Origin: Spirochaetota bacterium
GTDB taxonomy: Bacteria; Spirochaetota; UBA4802; UBA5550
Direction of reading: 5' to 3'
Assembly (NCBI GenBank): GCA_041753395.1
Contig: JBGSUQ010000029.1
Span: 326,706 to 390,705 of the forward strand
Length of the DNA: 64,000 nucleotides
Shown here: positions 28,762 to 38,680 of the stretch, one piece after another
How the letters are laid out: every line of letters starts with the position of its first letter
Numbering within the stretch: position 1 is the stretch's first letter
Notes under the pieces: model-generated
Told to the model about the DNA's origin: nothing
The model's database searches: none
What the model saw: the letters and a program-made list of their open reading frames with translations, nothing else
Program-made: the position numbers and the translations under genes

Positions 28762-29094
28762 ATGTCACTGTTCCAGTCACAGAAGCAGAAAATGGAAATG
28801 AAGCTGTCCGCAGAGCTCTCATTTAAAATCATGCAGGTCGGGCAGCTGGTGTTGGAGCTTAAAACCGACTATATACAATTTTTCGATGATGATACCCGCA
28901 TGAAGCTCCTCCAGGTAAATGAAATCATCGAGGAACTTGCCCAGCAGATGACCGGTAGCACCGCCGAGCGGATGTACCTGTGGCGGGTAGAGAAGGAAGA
29001 AAAGAAACGCCTGGCACAGCAGGAAGCCAAGCAGGAAAAAAAAGATGCAGCCGACCAGGAGAGCCAGCAGACGACAGCCGAAGATCAAAAATAA
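28762..29094 (+). CDS. Small coiled-coil / charged protein (110 aa)
   Basis: Strong SD 'gcggaggag' 8 bp upstream. KE-rich C-terminus. The opposite-strand ORF 28819-29112 has no RBS. Confidence 0.5.
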   Translation: MSLFQSQKQKMEMKLSAELSFKIMQVGQLVLELKTDYIQFFDDDTRMKLLQVNEIIEELAQQMTGSTAERMYLWRVEKEEKKRLAQQEAKQEKKDAADQESQQTTAEDQK

Positions 29095-29181
29095 TCGAAG
29101 TGTTTTATCCAAAACGTAGTTGAGTCAAGGGTTTTCTTGGCACCCCCCAGGATAATATCCAGCAGACAACATCATCAAGAA

Positions 29182-30675
29182 TTACACCTCAAGCCTGCCC
29201 GCCATTCCTTCCGGTCTGGATGGAGGTATCGTCACTGGAACCTCATCGATGACTCTCATGCTTTTCCACCGCCCCCCCAGGAAACGGAGCATGAACACGG
29301 TCCCGAGGAGCATGACGTACACGGTAAGGATTGTCCATCCGGTGTAAATTCCCAGATCCAGAAAAAATAGCGCTGCGCTGGTGGGGATTACCAGGCCAAA
29401 AATAGAAAGTATGATAATGGCTTTCATGACGAAATGGGTATCGCCCGCTCCTTTTATTGCTGATGCAAATATGATATTCATGGCATCAAAAACACAATAT
29501 AGCGCAACGAAGCGAAGCAACACCTTTGCCAGTTCGGCAATGTTCCTGAATTTTTCAGTGTCTGTGCCGGCGGCATAGAAGTAGAGGAACAGTCCCGGTG
29601 TAAATACATACAGCAGCGCGATTATTCCCATATAAGCAATCGCCAGGTGAAGGCCCGAGTAGACACAGTACTCCGCCTGCTCCGGATTATTCATTCCCAG
29701 GTACTGGCCGACCAGCACTGATACCGTAATCCCCAGACCTATCATCGGCATAAATGCGAACGTGTTCACGTTTAAAGCAATAATGGTGGCGGCAAGATTG
29801 TCTGTTCCAAGGCGTCCGATTATCAGCAGGAATATGGTTACTCCCAACATGTCGAGAAAAAACTGGATTCCATTGGGAAGACCGTAACGTATGAGGCGCC
29901 TGAAAAGCCTTGGATTCAGCCGCCATCCCCTTACCGTATTAAATGTTTCATTATATGAGGGGCGGAACAGTAAAGCCGCATAGATGGCAAAAGAAACACA
30001 AGCTGAAAGCGCCGTAGCTATGGCCGCCCCTTCGATGCCCATCCGTGGAAAGCCGAAATTTCCGAAGATCAGCAGGTAATCCATGATAATGTTTTCCGCC
30101 GTTGCTGCAAAATTGGCAATCAAGATGATCCAGGTCTTGCCGATGCCCGAGAAAAAACCTGACATTGCCGATGAAGCGATCAGGGGAATAGCGCCCAGAC
30201 ATAAAATGCGGAAATATGCTGATTCATAATCCTTCACTTTTCCCGCATGACCGACCAGCGTAAAAATACTGTCGGAGAAAGGGAAGATGAGCATTATTAT
30301 AATGCCTGATATGACCGATATGTACAACGCCTGCCACAGGACCTTCCCCATCATTTCATTCTGGTCCGATCCGTAATATTGCGCCACAAAGGTGCTCACA
30401 TAACTGACGGTACCCATGAAAAGGCTCACTATAGTAAAATTAAGCATCCCGGCAGGCATCGATGCCGCCATTGCTTCAGTGTCATACCAGTTTAGTAACA
30501 TGCGGTCTATAAAATTCTGGAGGGCCCACGAACCAGTGGTAAATATGAGGGGGATGGCAATGGTCAGGATGTCCCTGTAACCCCCCTCACTTTTAAAACG
30601 GCGGAAAAATTTTTTTTCCCGGGGCCTTCCTGATGTTTCCGGAATGAATTGCATTATAATACCAAGTGGTGTCAA
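29182..30675 (-). CDS. MATE family efflux transporter
   Basis: 12 predicted TM helices. MATE-typical twin 6-TM layout. Length 497 aa. Confidence 0.8.
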   Translation of the reverse strand: MTPLGIIMQFIPETSGRPREKKFFRRFKSEGGYRDILTIAIPLIFTTGSWALQNFIDRMLLNWYDTEAMAASMPAGMLNFTIVSLFMGTVSYVSTFVAQYYGSDQNEMMGKVLWQALYISVISGIIIMLIFPFSDSIFTLVGHAGKVKDYESAYFRILCLGAIPLIASSAMSGFFSGIGKTWIILIANFAATAENIIMDYLLIFGNFGFPRMGIEGAAIATALSACVSFAIYAALLFRPSYNETFNTVRGWRLNPRLFRRLIRYGLPNGIQFFLDMLGVTIFLLIIGRLGTDNLAATIIALNVNTFAFMPMIGLGITVSVLVGQYLGMNNPEQAEYCVYSGLHLAIAYMGIIALLYVFTPGLFLYFYAAGTDTEKFRNIAELAKVLLRFVALYCVFDAMNIIFASAIKGAGDTHFVMKAIIILSIFGLVIPTSAALFFLDLGIYTGWTILTVYVMLLGTVFMLRFLGGRWKSMRVIDEVPVTIPPSRPEGMAGRLEV

Positions 30676-30724
30676 GATAATAGAAGCGAGGATTAGGATA
30701 AGCCGCTTTTAGGCAAGAACAATT

Positions 30725-32665
30725 TTATGACGGGGCGTCTTCAATCTTTTTCAGCAGGCTCTTCCTTTCTTCGAGGTCCTCAGTAAGCCGCTCGCTCATG
30801 CATTCATACGCAACCTGATAGGCAAAGGCATTCATGCGGACAAAGACGCCGTCATAGAGTGAATCCTCTATCACCCTTTTACCCGTCAGTTCCTTTGAGA
30901 CACCGGAGCCATTTTTCACTTCCAGTATCACGCAATCGTGGAAGGGGATCGGTCGCCCCCATTCGCTTGTTTCGTCAGACACCCTGTTTTTAAGGGGCTC
31001 CCGCGCCGGCTCCGCCCCGGTAAGAGCAGTCCTGCCGGCGGCCCACCGGCGGTGCTGGTCGTATACCGCCTGCAGATCCCTGCCGATAAGATAGAAGCAG
31101 TCGCCGATAAAGCGTATAAAACGGCCCATCTCCGTCTGCTTGCCGGAGAGGTTTTTCGCTATCCTTTTAGCTTCCTCCCTGCTCAACGCCAGGGTCGGAT
31201 TGTTGGTCCTGAAAAAATGCATCTCATCGAGTATTTTGTTGTAAAGGTTCAGATGCTTTTCAAAGTAGTCAAAAGAAAAAAGCGCTCCCTCATGCTCTTC
31301 CCTTCCCATATCACGGAACACGATTGTGGTCCCTTCCAGGAGGGGGAGATACATGTTCTTGAAATACTGCACCAGGGCATCCAGGAAGGCGATGAAATTT
31401 TCGTTATATGCCATCCTCGGATCATGGTGCTTTTTGTCGATATAGCGCCACTGGTCTTCAACGCCTTTAAAAAGCAGGTTCCTCCCCTCGTCATCATGGC
31501 GGAGCAGCTTTGCCAGGGTCTCGTACGGCTCGGCGACCTTCCGCAGGGATTCCCGTTTTTTCTTCTGCAGCGACTCCGCGTCCTTACCGACGGTGATCAG
31601 GTACTCCTCGCTGTAGTCCCAGGCGACGATGCTCACAAAGGGCGCTTCAATCCTGTAATATTCCATGATTTGTTCCCGGGTGACCGGGCGCTGAAACACC
31701 AGCGCCTCCTCTATCGCCATGAGGAGTTCCGCGAGGCTTCCAATGCCGAAGTCCTGCTTCAAACGCTTTGATAATAGGCAATCCTGCTTTACGTCGATAG
31801 GCAGGAACGACCTCAGGTTCATCATATATTCATATATCTGCTTTTCCTTTGCCAGATTGCGCTTTTCTTTTTCACGTCGGAAAGCCTCCGGTTCACCATT
31901 GATCAATTCCTCCTTGCGGAGCTCCTCCAGGGAGCGGAGCCTGATCTCCGTCTCCAGTATTATTCTTTCACGCAGATCCCCTTCCAGCTTCAGGAATGAA
32001 TAAAACCAGGAAACCCAGGCCTTCAGTTCCCGGTCGAACTGCGGGCGTTCCATCCACTTTACAACATCGTATTTCAGGTGGATCAGGGGCGTCTCGGCAA
32101 GCCATTTCCTGACAAGGCGGAGAAGGTTGAAAACAAGGGGATCTTCCTCGGCAGGGTCTTTTATGATTTCCATCATGAGCACCACGAGCCTGCCCGTGAT
32201 GCCGCTCTGGACCCCCGCCAGGTAATTCATGACCTTTATCAGCTGTTTGGTCGGGACAAGACGCCGTCTGAAGCCAATGCCGAAGCGGTTGTTGCGATGG
32301 ACGAGGATCCGTTTCCGGAAAAACTTTAATGAACTGTATTTGCGGTACAGGTCATCAACGTAGTAGGAGGTCTCTGTAGGGGCTGACGCCAGTTCCACGG
32401 CCTGCTTGCGCGCTTCATCCTGCAGCGGCGCCTTTTTCTTTTTTGCCGGCTCAGGCCTGACACCTTCATCGTGATACAGCACCGCTATTTTATCAGGGCA
32501 GGACTCGACAAGCTCGATGATTGCCCGGTACTTTTCCTCGGGCTTGAGCTGCTTGTTGTTCATGAGGGTGCGCACTACTTCCTGCTTGTGCGGCGGTATC
32601 TCCTTGCTGGTCAGCAGGGCCCTGGCGCGACGTTCGATTCTTTTTATCTCTTCTTTACTGTTCAT
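30725..32665 (-). CDS. Large cytoplasmic hypothetical protein (646 aa), no recognised domain
   Basis: Long clean ORF, charged and helical. No motif identified by eye. Confidence 0.55.
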   Translation of the reverse strand: MNSKEEIKRIERRARALLTSKEIPPHKQEVVRTLMNNKQLKPEEKYRAIIELVESCPDKIAVLYHDEGVRPEPAKKKKAPLQDEARKQAVELASAPTETSYYVDDLYRKYSSLKFFRKRILVHRNNRFGIGFRRRLVPTKQLIKVMNYLAGVQSGITGRLVVLMMEIIKDPAEEDPLVFNLLRLVRKWLAETPLIHLKYDVVKWMERPQFDRELKAWVSWFYSFLKLEGDLRERIILETEIRLRSLEELRKEELINGEPEAFRREKEKRNLAKEKQIYEYMMNLRSFLPIDVKQDCLLSKRLKQDFGIGSLAELLMAIEEALVFQRPVTREQIMEYYRIEAPFVSIVAWDYSEEYLITVGKDAESLQKKKRESLRKVAEPYETLAKLLRHDDEGRNLLFKGVEDQWRYIDKKHHDPRMAYNENFIAFLDALVQYFKNMYLPLLEGTTIVFRDMGREEHEGALFSFDYFEKHLNLYNKILDEMHFFRTNNPTLALSREEAKRIAKNLSGKQTEMGRFIRFIGDCFYLIGRDLQAVYDQHRRWAAGRTALTGAEPAREPLKNRVSDETSEWGRPIPFHDCVILEVKNGSGVSKELTGKRVIEDSLYDGVFVRMNAFAYQVAYECMSERLTEDLEERKSLLKKIEDAPS

Positions 32666-32775
32666 ACCATGACCGGGTTGGATGGGGATACCTGTTATCC
32701 GCCCGGAGCCTCATGCTGTCTGCAGGCTCCGGGTTAACTATACCCTGTCCAGCCATTCCAGTCAAGGAAAAAGCG

Positions 32776-33828
32776 TCACTTGCTGGTAAGACGCGGAACG
32801 ACAACAATATCGACACGACGGTTGAGGGCGCGGTTCGCCGGCGTATCGTTAGGCACTATGGGATTATACTCCCCGTACCCGGCCGCGCTGAAACGCGCAT
32901 GATTCAGCCTCTTATCCCTGAGGATATAGTTCAGGACCGACAGTGCCCGTTCAGTGGAAAGCTGCCAGTTGTCCCTGAACTTGCTGGTACTTATAGGCAC
33001 GTTATCCGTATGCCCCTCGACGATTATTTTGTATTCGGGGAAATTGTTCAGTATCACAGATATCTTAACCAGTGCCGGCATGATCTCTTTCTTCAGATCG
33101 GCCTTCCCCGAATCAAAAGAAATCTTGTCGTCAATGTTTATGATGAGCTTATCGTGGAAGCGCTTGAGCTTGATATCGCCTTTTTTGATTTCATCGGCGA
33201 GCTGCTTTTCCAGCTCCTTCGCCTGGTCCTCCATCCGGGCCAGTTCCTCTTTCTGCTTCTCGTTAAGCTTCTTGAGATTCGACAGTTCGTTGTTCAGGTT
33301 GGCGATTTCCTTTTTCAGATCATCTATCTTTTTCTCGTATTCATTGCGCAGGGCCGAGAGCTCTTTAAGGTTTTTCTGCCGCTCCTTGACGAGGTCATCG
33401 CGGAGTTTCACCAGGTCGTCCTCGCAGCGTTTCTGGAGCTTCCGGTTCTCCTCGATCAGCTGCTGTTCCCGGTCCCCGCCCTTTTTCTTCAGGAGGTCGG
33501 TCATGTTCTCCATTTCTTTTATCCGGCTGGCTGCGTTTTTCCGCTCGTCTTCCTGCTGCTTCCGGAGATTTTCCAGCTCCCTGTCCAGGCTGGCGATCTT
33601 GCTGTTCAGGTCGCTTATTGTGGATTCAAGATTTGCCTTGTCGTTCCCGTACTGCCGCTTGAGCGAATCCAGCTCGAGCTGCAGCGCGACGTTTTCATTG
33701 TAGAGCTTGTTATACTTCCCGGCAGAATACAGGATGGCACCCTGCACACCGGCCGGCGCCGCCAGCCAGAGCAGTGTCATTGCCGTGAAGACTGCGGCTA
33801 TCAAAAAATAACTATACTTTTTTTTCAT
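32776..33828 (-). CDS. OmpA/MotB-like peptidoglycan-binding protein with N-terminal TM anchor and long coiled coil
   Basis: C-terminal OmpA_C motifs 'IIVEGHTDNVP...LSTERA...NRRVDIVV'. About 200-aa heptad-rich segment. Confidence 0.8.
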   Translation of the reverse strand: MKKKYSYFLIAAVFTAMTLLWLAAPAGVQGAILYSAGKYNKLYNENVALQLELDSLKRQYGNDKANLESTISDLNSKIASLDRELENLRKQQEDERKNAASRIKEMENMTDLLKKKGGDREQQLIEENRKLQKRCEDDLVKLRDDLVKERQKNLKELSALRNEYEKKIDDLKKEIANLNNELSNLKKLNEKQKEELARMEDQAKELEKQLADEIKKGDIKLKRFHDKLIINIDDKISFDSGKADLKKEIMPALVKISVILNNFPEYKIIVEGHTDNVPISTSKFRDNWQLSTERALSVLNYILRDKRLNHARFSAAGYGEYNPIVPNDTPANRALNRRVDIVVVPRLTSK

Positions 33829-33840
33829 CGCTCTGCTTCC

Positions 33841-34518
33841 TTATTTTTTTAGCTTATCTTCAGCTATTTTTAACTTCAGCGAAGCCTCGTCCCTGGCATT
33901 GCGTCTATCCACAAGGTTTTCACGCTGCTTCTCCAGATAGGCGCGATACTTTTCATCATATTTATCCGGATTGGCGGCCTTGTTCTTCTTGTCCTGCTCG
34001 ACGGCTGTGTTTGCCACGTAGCGCTTCACCAGGTATTCCCTGGCTATCTTTGATTTCTCATAATTCATCTCAGCCACCATGACGGCCAATTCCGTCTCGC
34101 CTACCTCTCTCTGGGCACGGGCCAGTTCAAACGCGGCTGTCATGTGTTCCAGTTTCGTTTGCTGTGTCCTGGTTTCTGCTTCCTTTATGGCTATCTGCCT
34201 GTTGCTCTCATCGAAGTTGGTTATATCATTTTCCATCTGGTACTGCTTCTTCTTTTCATCCAGAAGCTTCCTTTCATCCTTAAGAATCTCCAGCCTTCCC
34301 TTTTCGACTTTCACTTTTTGCTCTGCCGCCTGTTCCTTTTCCTTCAGTGTTTTCACCTCTTGGTTTTTGGCGATTACGCTATTTTCCAGTTTCTCCAGGA
34401 CCTTGTCCTGCTCCGCCGTTTTTTCCGCCAGGTAATCGACAGGCACCGGATCCGGCATGGTAACGCATCCGGCCAGTGATAGAAGCAGCGCTGCTGTCAG
34501 AATAACGAATGATCTCAT
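33841..34518 (-). CDS. Coiled-coil lipoprotein (start refined to internal Met; MRSFVILTAALLLSLAGC)
   Basis: Lipobox 'SLAGC' preceded by 'gagggag' SD. The rest is KE-rich coiled coil. Confidence 0.6.
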   Translation of the reverse strand: MRSFVILTAALLLSLAGCVTMPDPVPVDYLAEKTAEQDKVLEKLENSVIAKNQEVKTLKEKEQAAEQKVKVEKGRLEILKDERKLLDEKKKQYQMENDITNFDESNRQIAIKEAETRTQQTKLEHMTAAFELARAQREVGETELAVMVAEMNYEKSKIAREYLVKRYVANTAVEQDKKNKAANPDKYDEKYRAYLEKQRENLVDRRNARDEASLKLKIAEDKLKK

Positions 34519-34719
34519 ATACCTACTCCCTCTATTATTGTTCTTGCAGCATGATTTAAACACGCGGCAGTTCTTTTTTTCTCTGTCATATATTAGACAG
34601 TTTTTAAACCGGGAAAGTCGTAATTTTTTAAAATATGACATTTGCTTATGTTTGATTATATATACAACCTCAAGTTACATGATTCAAGCTGCAAGTCAAG
34701 AATAATATACCAATGCCTG

Positions 34720-35964
34720 TCAGTCCTCTGTTATCTGTGGCGGGGGCACCTCTTTCCCGCCTGCCAGCCCCGCCGTTTTTTCAGCACCAGACTTGACCCG
34801 TGACGCTGAAAACAGGTTTACCAGCGCGATGACGGCTCCAATCAAAAAAACATACTGATATCCCACTGCATCCCATATCACTCCGCCCACCAGGGCGATG
34901 GATATGGAGAATATATGATCAATGCTCACCCCCATGGTGAGGGTCTGCGGAACATCCTCCGGCTTCACCGCTATCTTCTTTAAATATGTCGCACGGGCCA
35001 TCCCCACCGACATCAGCAGCTGATCTGCCACAAAGCAGGCAAAGGCTACATAGAGCGCCATCGTTTCACTGAACAGGGATTTCGAAAATCCGTAGCCCGC
35101 GCACACGATGATAAGGAGGGCCGCTTCTGCCATCAGGATCCGCCGCTCACCAAGCCGGTCGATGGCCTTCCCCAGGAGGGGATTGAAAAAAATGCCGGCA
35201 ATGCCGCCGACAGTGAGGAGGGTGGCGACCATTTCGGTCTTCTGGTCAAATATTTTTATCAGCACCCAGGGCGCGAAGGTGAGAAAAATCTGCTTCCGCG
35301 TGCCGAAGAGTATGTTCAGCCAGTAAAAGAGGCGGTATTCCTTCCTCATTGTAAATTTTGTCTTTGCCGGATGCGAAGTGCCCGGCTTCATGAGAAAAAG
35401 GAGCGCCGAAGCGCAGAAAAATCCGATGGCGGCGATGACAAAGGAAACGGCGAAACTAAAATGCAGGTATTTGAATCCGATAAAAATAAGAAAGCTCCCG
35501 GCTATGGCCGCGATATTCATGGCGCCGGTCAGCTGTCCGAGGCGTTTCCCTATGTTACCCTCCCTGGCAAAATCCATACCCAGGCTCTGGTTAAGGGGCA
35601 GAAATATATGCTGCCCCATGCTGTATAGAAGGAGCCAGACCAGCATGATGGAATAGGTCGGGGACATCAGGCCGACCAGAGCGATCCCGACGGCGGCGAG
35701 AAGATTGGCGAAGGCGGCGAGGCGCCTCGTGCTCATGAAGAAGAAAAGAGCTGAAAAAAAGACGACGAGGAAACCGGGCAGCTCGCGGGGAAGCTCCAGC
35801 ATGCCGCGCTGGTTGTTGCTGATGTGGAATATCTCATTAAGATAGTTGTTGAATACCGAGTTAATGGCGCTCTGCGAGAAGCCGATAAGAGCGATCGCCA
35901 TGATGAATAGTATGAAATCCCTCGGCAGGCCGGTTAATTTCCTGTAAATGTTTCCCATCGGCAA
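34720..35964 (-). CDS. MFS transporter
   Basis: 12 TM helices with the MFS-typical central loop. 414 aa. Confidence 0.8.
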   Translation of the reverse strand: MPMGNIYRKLTGLPRDFILFIMAIALIGFSQSAINSVFNNYLNEIFHISNNQRGMLELPRELPGFLVVFFSALFFFMSTRRLAAFANLLAAVGIALVGLMSPTYSIMLVWLLLYSMGQHIFLPLNQSLGMDFAREGNIGKRLGQLTGAMNIAAIAGSFLIFIGFKYLHFSFAVSFVIAAIGFFCASALLFLMKPGTSHPAKTKFTMRKEYRLFYWLNILFGTRKQIFLTFAPWVLIKIFDQKTEMVATLLTVGGIAGIFFNPLLGKAIDRLGERRILMAEAALLIIVCAGYGFSKSLFSETMALYVAFACFVADQLLMSVGMARATYLKKIAVKPEDVPQTLTMGVSIDHIFSISIALVGGVIWDAVGYQYVFLIGAVIALVNLFSASRVKSGAEKTAGLAGGKEVPPPQITED

Positions 35965-36039
35965 TCATCCCCACGTAGATCACGATTGCCGATCACTCCA
36001 GAAACCAGAGCGTTTCGTCAAGAAATTTTCGACGACACG

Positions 36040-36489
36040 TCAGTGAAATATCGTATAGGCGATCCGGCTCATCTTAGCCAGCAGGTCATAGGCGGTTACA
36101 TCATTCACCTTGCGGCTCCCCTCTTCCACCTGCTTGATATACTTATGCATATTGACCAGCTCATTTTTATCAAGCCAGTAGGATCCGCACGAAGGACACC
36201 GGTCCATAACGATATCAGAATACTCGAGAAAATGGATCTTCAGCATTACTGAATCGGGACACTCCCGGCACTTGATTATGGGACGTCTGTCGTCATCCGG
36301 CAGCGTGTTGTACGAGCAGAGCTCGACGTCTCCGCCGCTTTCTTTCAGGAGATTATTGAGCTGGTGCTTGTGAAGCCACATTCCGTCACAGGACCTACAG
36401 ACAAGTATCTCCTCGCCTTCCCTGCTCTCTTTTACCATTGTCTTTTTACAACGGGGACATATCATAGGGGCCTCCAACTCTATAATCAA
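36040..36489 (-). CDS. Tandem zinc-ribbon protein (zf-TFIIB-like, two CxxC...CxxC units)
   Basis: 'CPRCKK...CRSCDGMWL' and 'CRECPD...CPSCGSYWLD' fit the 'C.xC...C.sCgG.WlD' zinc-ribbon family pattern. Confidence 0.6.
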   Translation of the reverse strand: MIIELEAPMICPRCKKTMVKESREGEEILVCRSCDGMWLHKHQLNNLLKESGGDVELCSYNTLPDDDRRPIIKCRECPDSVMLKIHFLEYSDIVMDRCPSCGSYWLDKNELVNMHKYIKQVEEGSRKVNDVTAYDLLAKMSRIAYTIFH

Positions 36490-36550
36490 TATAATCGAAA
36501 AACCAGTACAACGTCAAGCTAGTTTGTATTTATTAATATTAACTCACGGA

Positions 36551-36661
36551 CCTCACCCCGCCTCTGGCGCGCCCTCTCCCACAGGAGAGGGCTACTAGTA
36601 AAAATTGCTTTTCCCGGGCTTCCCCCTCTCCCTGCGGGAGAGGGGGATTGAGGGGGTGAGG
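36551..36661. repeat. 111-bp GC-rich nested inverted-repeat element in a divergent promoter / 5' leader region
   Basis: Outer arms 'cctcacccc' / 'ggggtgagg' enclose two perfect hairpins 'ccctctcc-caca-ggagaggg' and 'ccccctctccc-tgc-gggagaggggg'. Related in architecture and 'gagaggg' motifs to the element at 11290-11590. Confidence 0.5.
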
Positions 36662-36783
36662 TCTGCGGGTTGGAGGATCTATTTTTTTATTTGCTGATTT
36701 TCTGTAAAACTATCTTAATTATTAACCCGATTATTTCGACAATATAACCGGATATATCCATATTTCAATTACTCTACTACTAT

Positions 36784-38151
36784 ATGCTAAAACTGAAACT
36801 TATAAACCTGTACCATCAGATCAGGAAAAACGCCGGGAATGTAATTCCCGGAGCCACCTTTTCTGTAAAGGAGAAAATAGCCGGCCTCGCCGTCTGGCAA
36901 AGTAAAACAATACATTATGTATTCATGAAGGTGACCCGGAACTTCTTCTTTAAGTTATTTCTGGCGGCATCTATATTTCTGTCGGTGCTGTCGGTGGCTG
37001 TATATTATTTTGAGAGCAAATACGTTTTCTTCAAACAGGAAAATGGCAAAATGGTCGAGGATGCGGGTAATTCGAGCAACATCAGGTCGCTTAAGGACGC
37101 GGTGTGGTGGGCCTTCGTCACATCCACCACGGTCGGGTATGGGGATTATTATCCGAAATCAAACGCCGGCCGCCTCACGGGCATTCTGTTGATGTTTTTC
37201 GGAGTTTCGCTCGTCGGCGTCATAACCGGTAATATCGCATCAGCTCTGATTGAGCAACAGTTAAAGGAGGGTCGCGGCTTGAAGGAACTGAATCTTAAAA
37301 ATCATTTTATCATCTGCGGATGGAAACGTGACATGGCCGAAGTCCTCAACAGTATCATGGAAAAGAACAGGGACTTCCTCCCGTCGGAGTTCGTCCTGAT
37401 AAATACCGCTGACCCGGAAGATGTGCAGAACCTCAAATCGGACAGCAGGTTCGCCCATATTAATTTCATACGCGGCGATTACATAGATGAACGGGTCCTC
37501 AGCAGGGCCAACCTCAAGCATGCGGCGCGGGTAATCGTCTTCGCCGACCGGTTGGTGCAGGGTTCAGTGCAGGAAGTGGACTCGCGAACCGTCATGACCA
37601 TCATTACCATCAAATCGATATCAAAAACCGTGTACACCTGCGCCGAGATCCTTGATGAAAAATTCGAGCGCTATCTGAGGTTTTCCAACTGCGACGAAAT
37701 AATACTGTCAACCGAATTCAACCGGTCCATACTCGCCAACGCCTCGGCAGGGAGCGGCATATCCCAGGTGATCAGCGAACTCCTGAACGTGAACGCGGAC
37801 GTTTCCATCATCACCCAGGACATTCCGGGAAAATTCATCGGCAGAGCCTATGGTGAGCTATATGATTACTACATGGGAAGGAACAGGACCATCCTGATCG
37901 GCATTCTCGAGAACACGGGGAACTTCTTCACCCGTAAAAATGAAGCAATCAGGGACGCGCAGAAAACGCCTGACATATCAAAGCTCGTGGACAACCTGAA
38001 AGTGGTAAAGCAGCTCATGGCCAACCTGCCGGTAATCAATCCCGCCACGGACTACGTGATCAACAGGTACAGCAGGGCCATCATCATCGAGGGGAGGAAA
38101 CAGGGCCCCCAAAAACTACCGGGAAAAGGTATAGAACATGCCGTTGTTTAA
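36784..38151 (+). CDS. Potassium channel (2-TM pore with TVGYGD selectivity filter) with cytoplasmic RCK/TrkA-N domain(s)
   Basis: 'TSTTVGYGDYYP' selectivity filter between two TM helices. RCK Rossmann segment 'HFIICGWKR'. The start is uncertain: an alternative ATG lies at 36925. Confidence 0.85.
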   Translation: MLKLKLINLYHQIRKNAGNVIPGATFSVKEKIAGLAVWQSKTIHYVFMKVTRNFFFKLFLAASIFLSVLSVAVYYFESKYVFFKQENGKMVEDAGNSSNIRSLKDAVWWAFVTSTTVGYGDYYPKSNAGRLTGILLMFFGVSLVGVITGNIASALIEQQLKEGRGLKELNLKNHFIICGWKRDMAEVLNSIMEKNRDFLPSEFVLINTADPEDVQNLKSDSRFAHINFIRGDYIDERVLSRANLKHAARVIVFADRLVQGSVQEVDSRTVMTIITIKSISKTVYTCAEILDEKFERYLRFSNCDEIILSTEFNRSILANASAGSGISQVISELLNVNADVSIITQDIPGKFIGRAYGELYDYYMGRNRTILIGILENTGNFFTRKNEAIRDAQKTPDISKLVDNLKVVKQLMANLPVINPATDYVINRYSRAIIIEGRKQGPQKLPGKGIEHAVV

Positions 38152-38674
38152 GCGTACCATAGAACAGACCGAAAGCGGCAACATCATACTGGATAAGATC
38201 AGGCAGGTTTCCTTCTTCTCCATGTTTGAGAACGACATGGAGGTGCTTGGAAAAATCGCCAGCATGTGCACCCGGCGGCAGTATCGAAAAGGCAAGGTCA
38301 TCATCCGCGAAGGGGACTACGGCGACGAGCTCTTCATCATCCTGAACGGCGAAATTGATATCATAAAAAATACTCTCCAGAACGAACAATATACCGTGAC
38401 AACGCTGAGCGCCGACCTGGGCAGCATCAACGTCGGGGAGATAGCCCTCATAGACAATGACCGGCGTTCCGCCTCGGTTGTGGCCCAGACCGATTGCGAA
38501 TGCCTCGTCATCAACCGGGACGATTTCATCAAGTTCGGAGATGAAAACCCTGTTGCCGGACTGGCCATTACCAGGGCCGTTGCCAGTCAGCTCTGCGCCA
38601 ATCTGCGCAAATCCAACACTGACATCATTACCCTCTTCTCCGCCCTGGTGGAGGAGATAGCGGCTACGCAATGA
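38138..38674 (+). CDS. Stand-alone cyclic-nucleotide-binding (CAP_ED) domain protein
   Basis: 'GDYGDELFIILNGEIDI...GEIALIDNDRRSASVVAQTDCECLVI' fits the cNMP-binding fold signature (G-E-x-A-L ... R-[ST]-A-x-V). Overlaps the channel gene by 14 bp. Confidence 0.75.
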   Translation: MPLFKRTIEQTESGNIILDKIRQVSFFSMFENDMEVLGKIASMCTRRQYRKGKVIIREGDYGDELFIILNGEIDIIKNTLQNEQYTVTTLSADLGSINVGEIALIDNDRRSASVVAQTDCECLVINRDDFIKFGDENPVAGLAITRAVASQLCANLRKSNTDIITLFSALVEEIAATQ

Positions 38675-38680
38675 GGCATT

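Noticed and set aside
32954-33703. 249-aa Ser/Phe/Arg-rich plus-strand ORF opposite the OmpA-like coiled-coil gene
   Set aside because: It is the antisense of a Lys/Glu-rich coiled coil (AAG/GAA repeats read as CTT/TTC), which gives a low-complexity artefact.
36551-36661. Possibility that the nested-hairpin element upstream of the K+ channel is a c-di-AMP (ydaO/kimA-type) riboswitch
   Set aside because: Those riboswitches regulate K+ transport genes, which makes the idea tempting. But the element here consists of perfect long stems with 3-4-nt loops and lacks the conserved pseudo-symmetric internal loops. I report it only as an unclassified structured or REP-like element.
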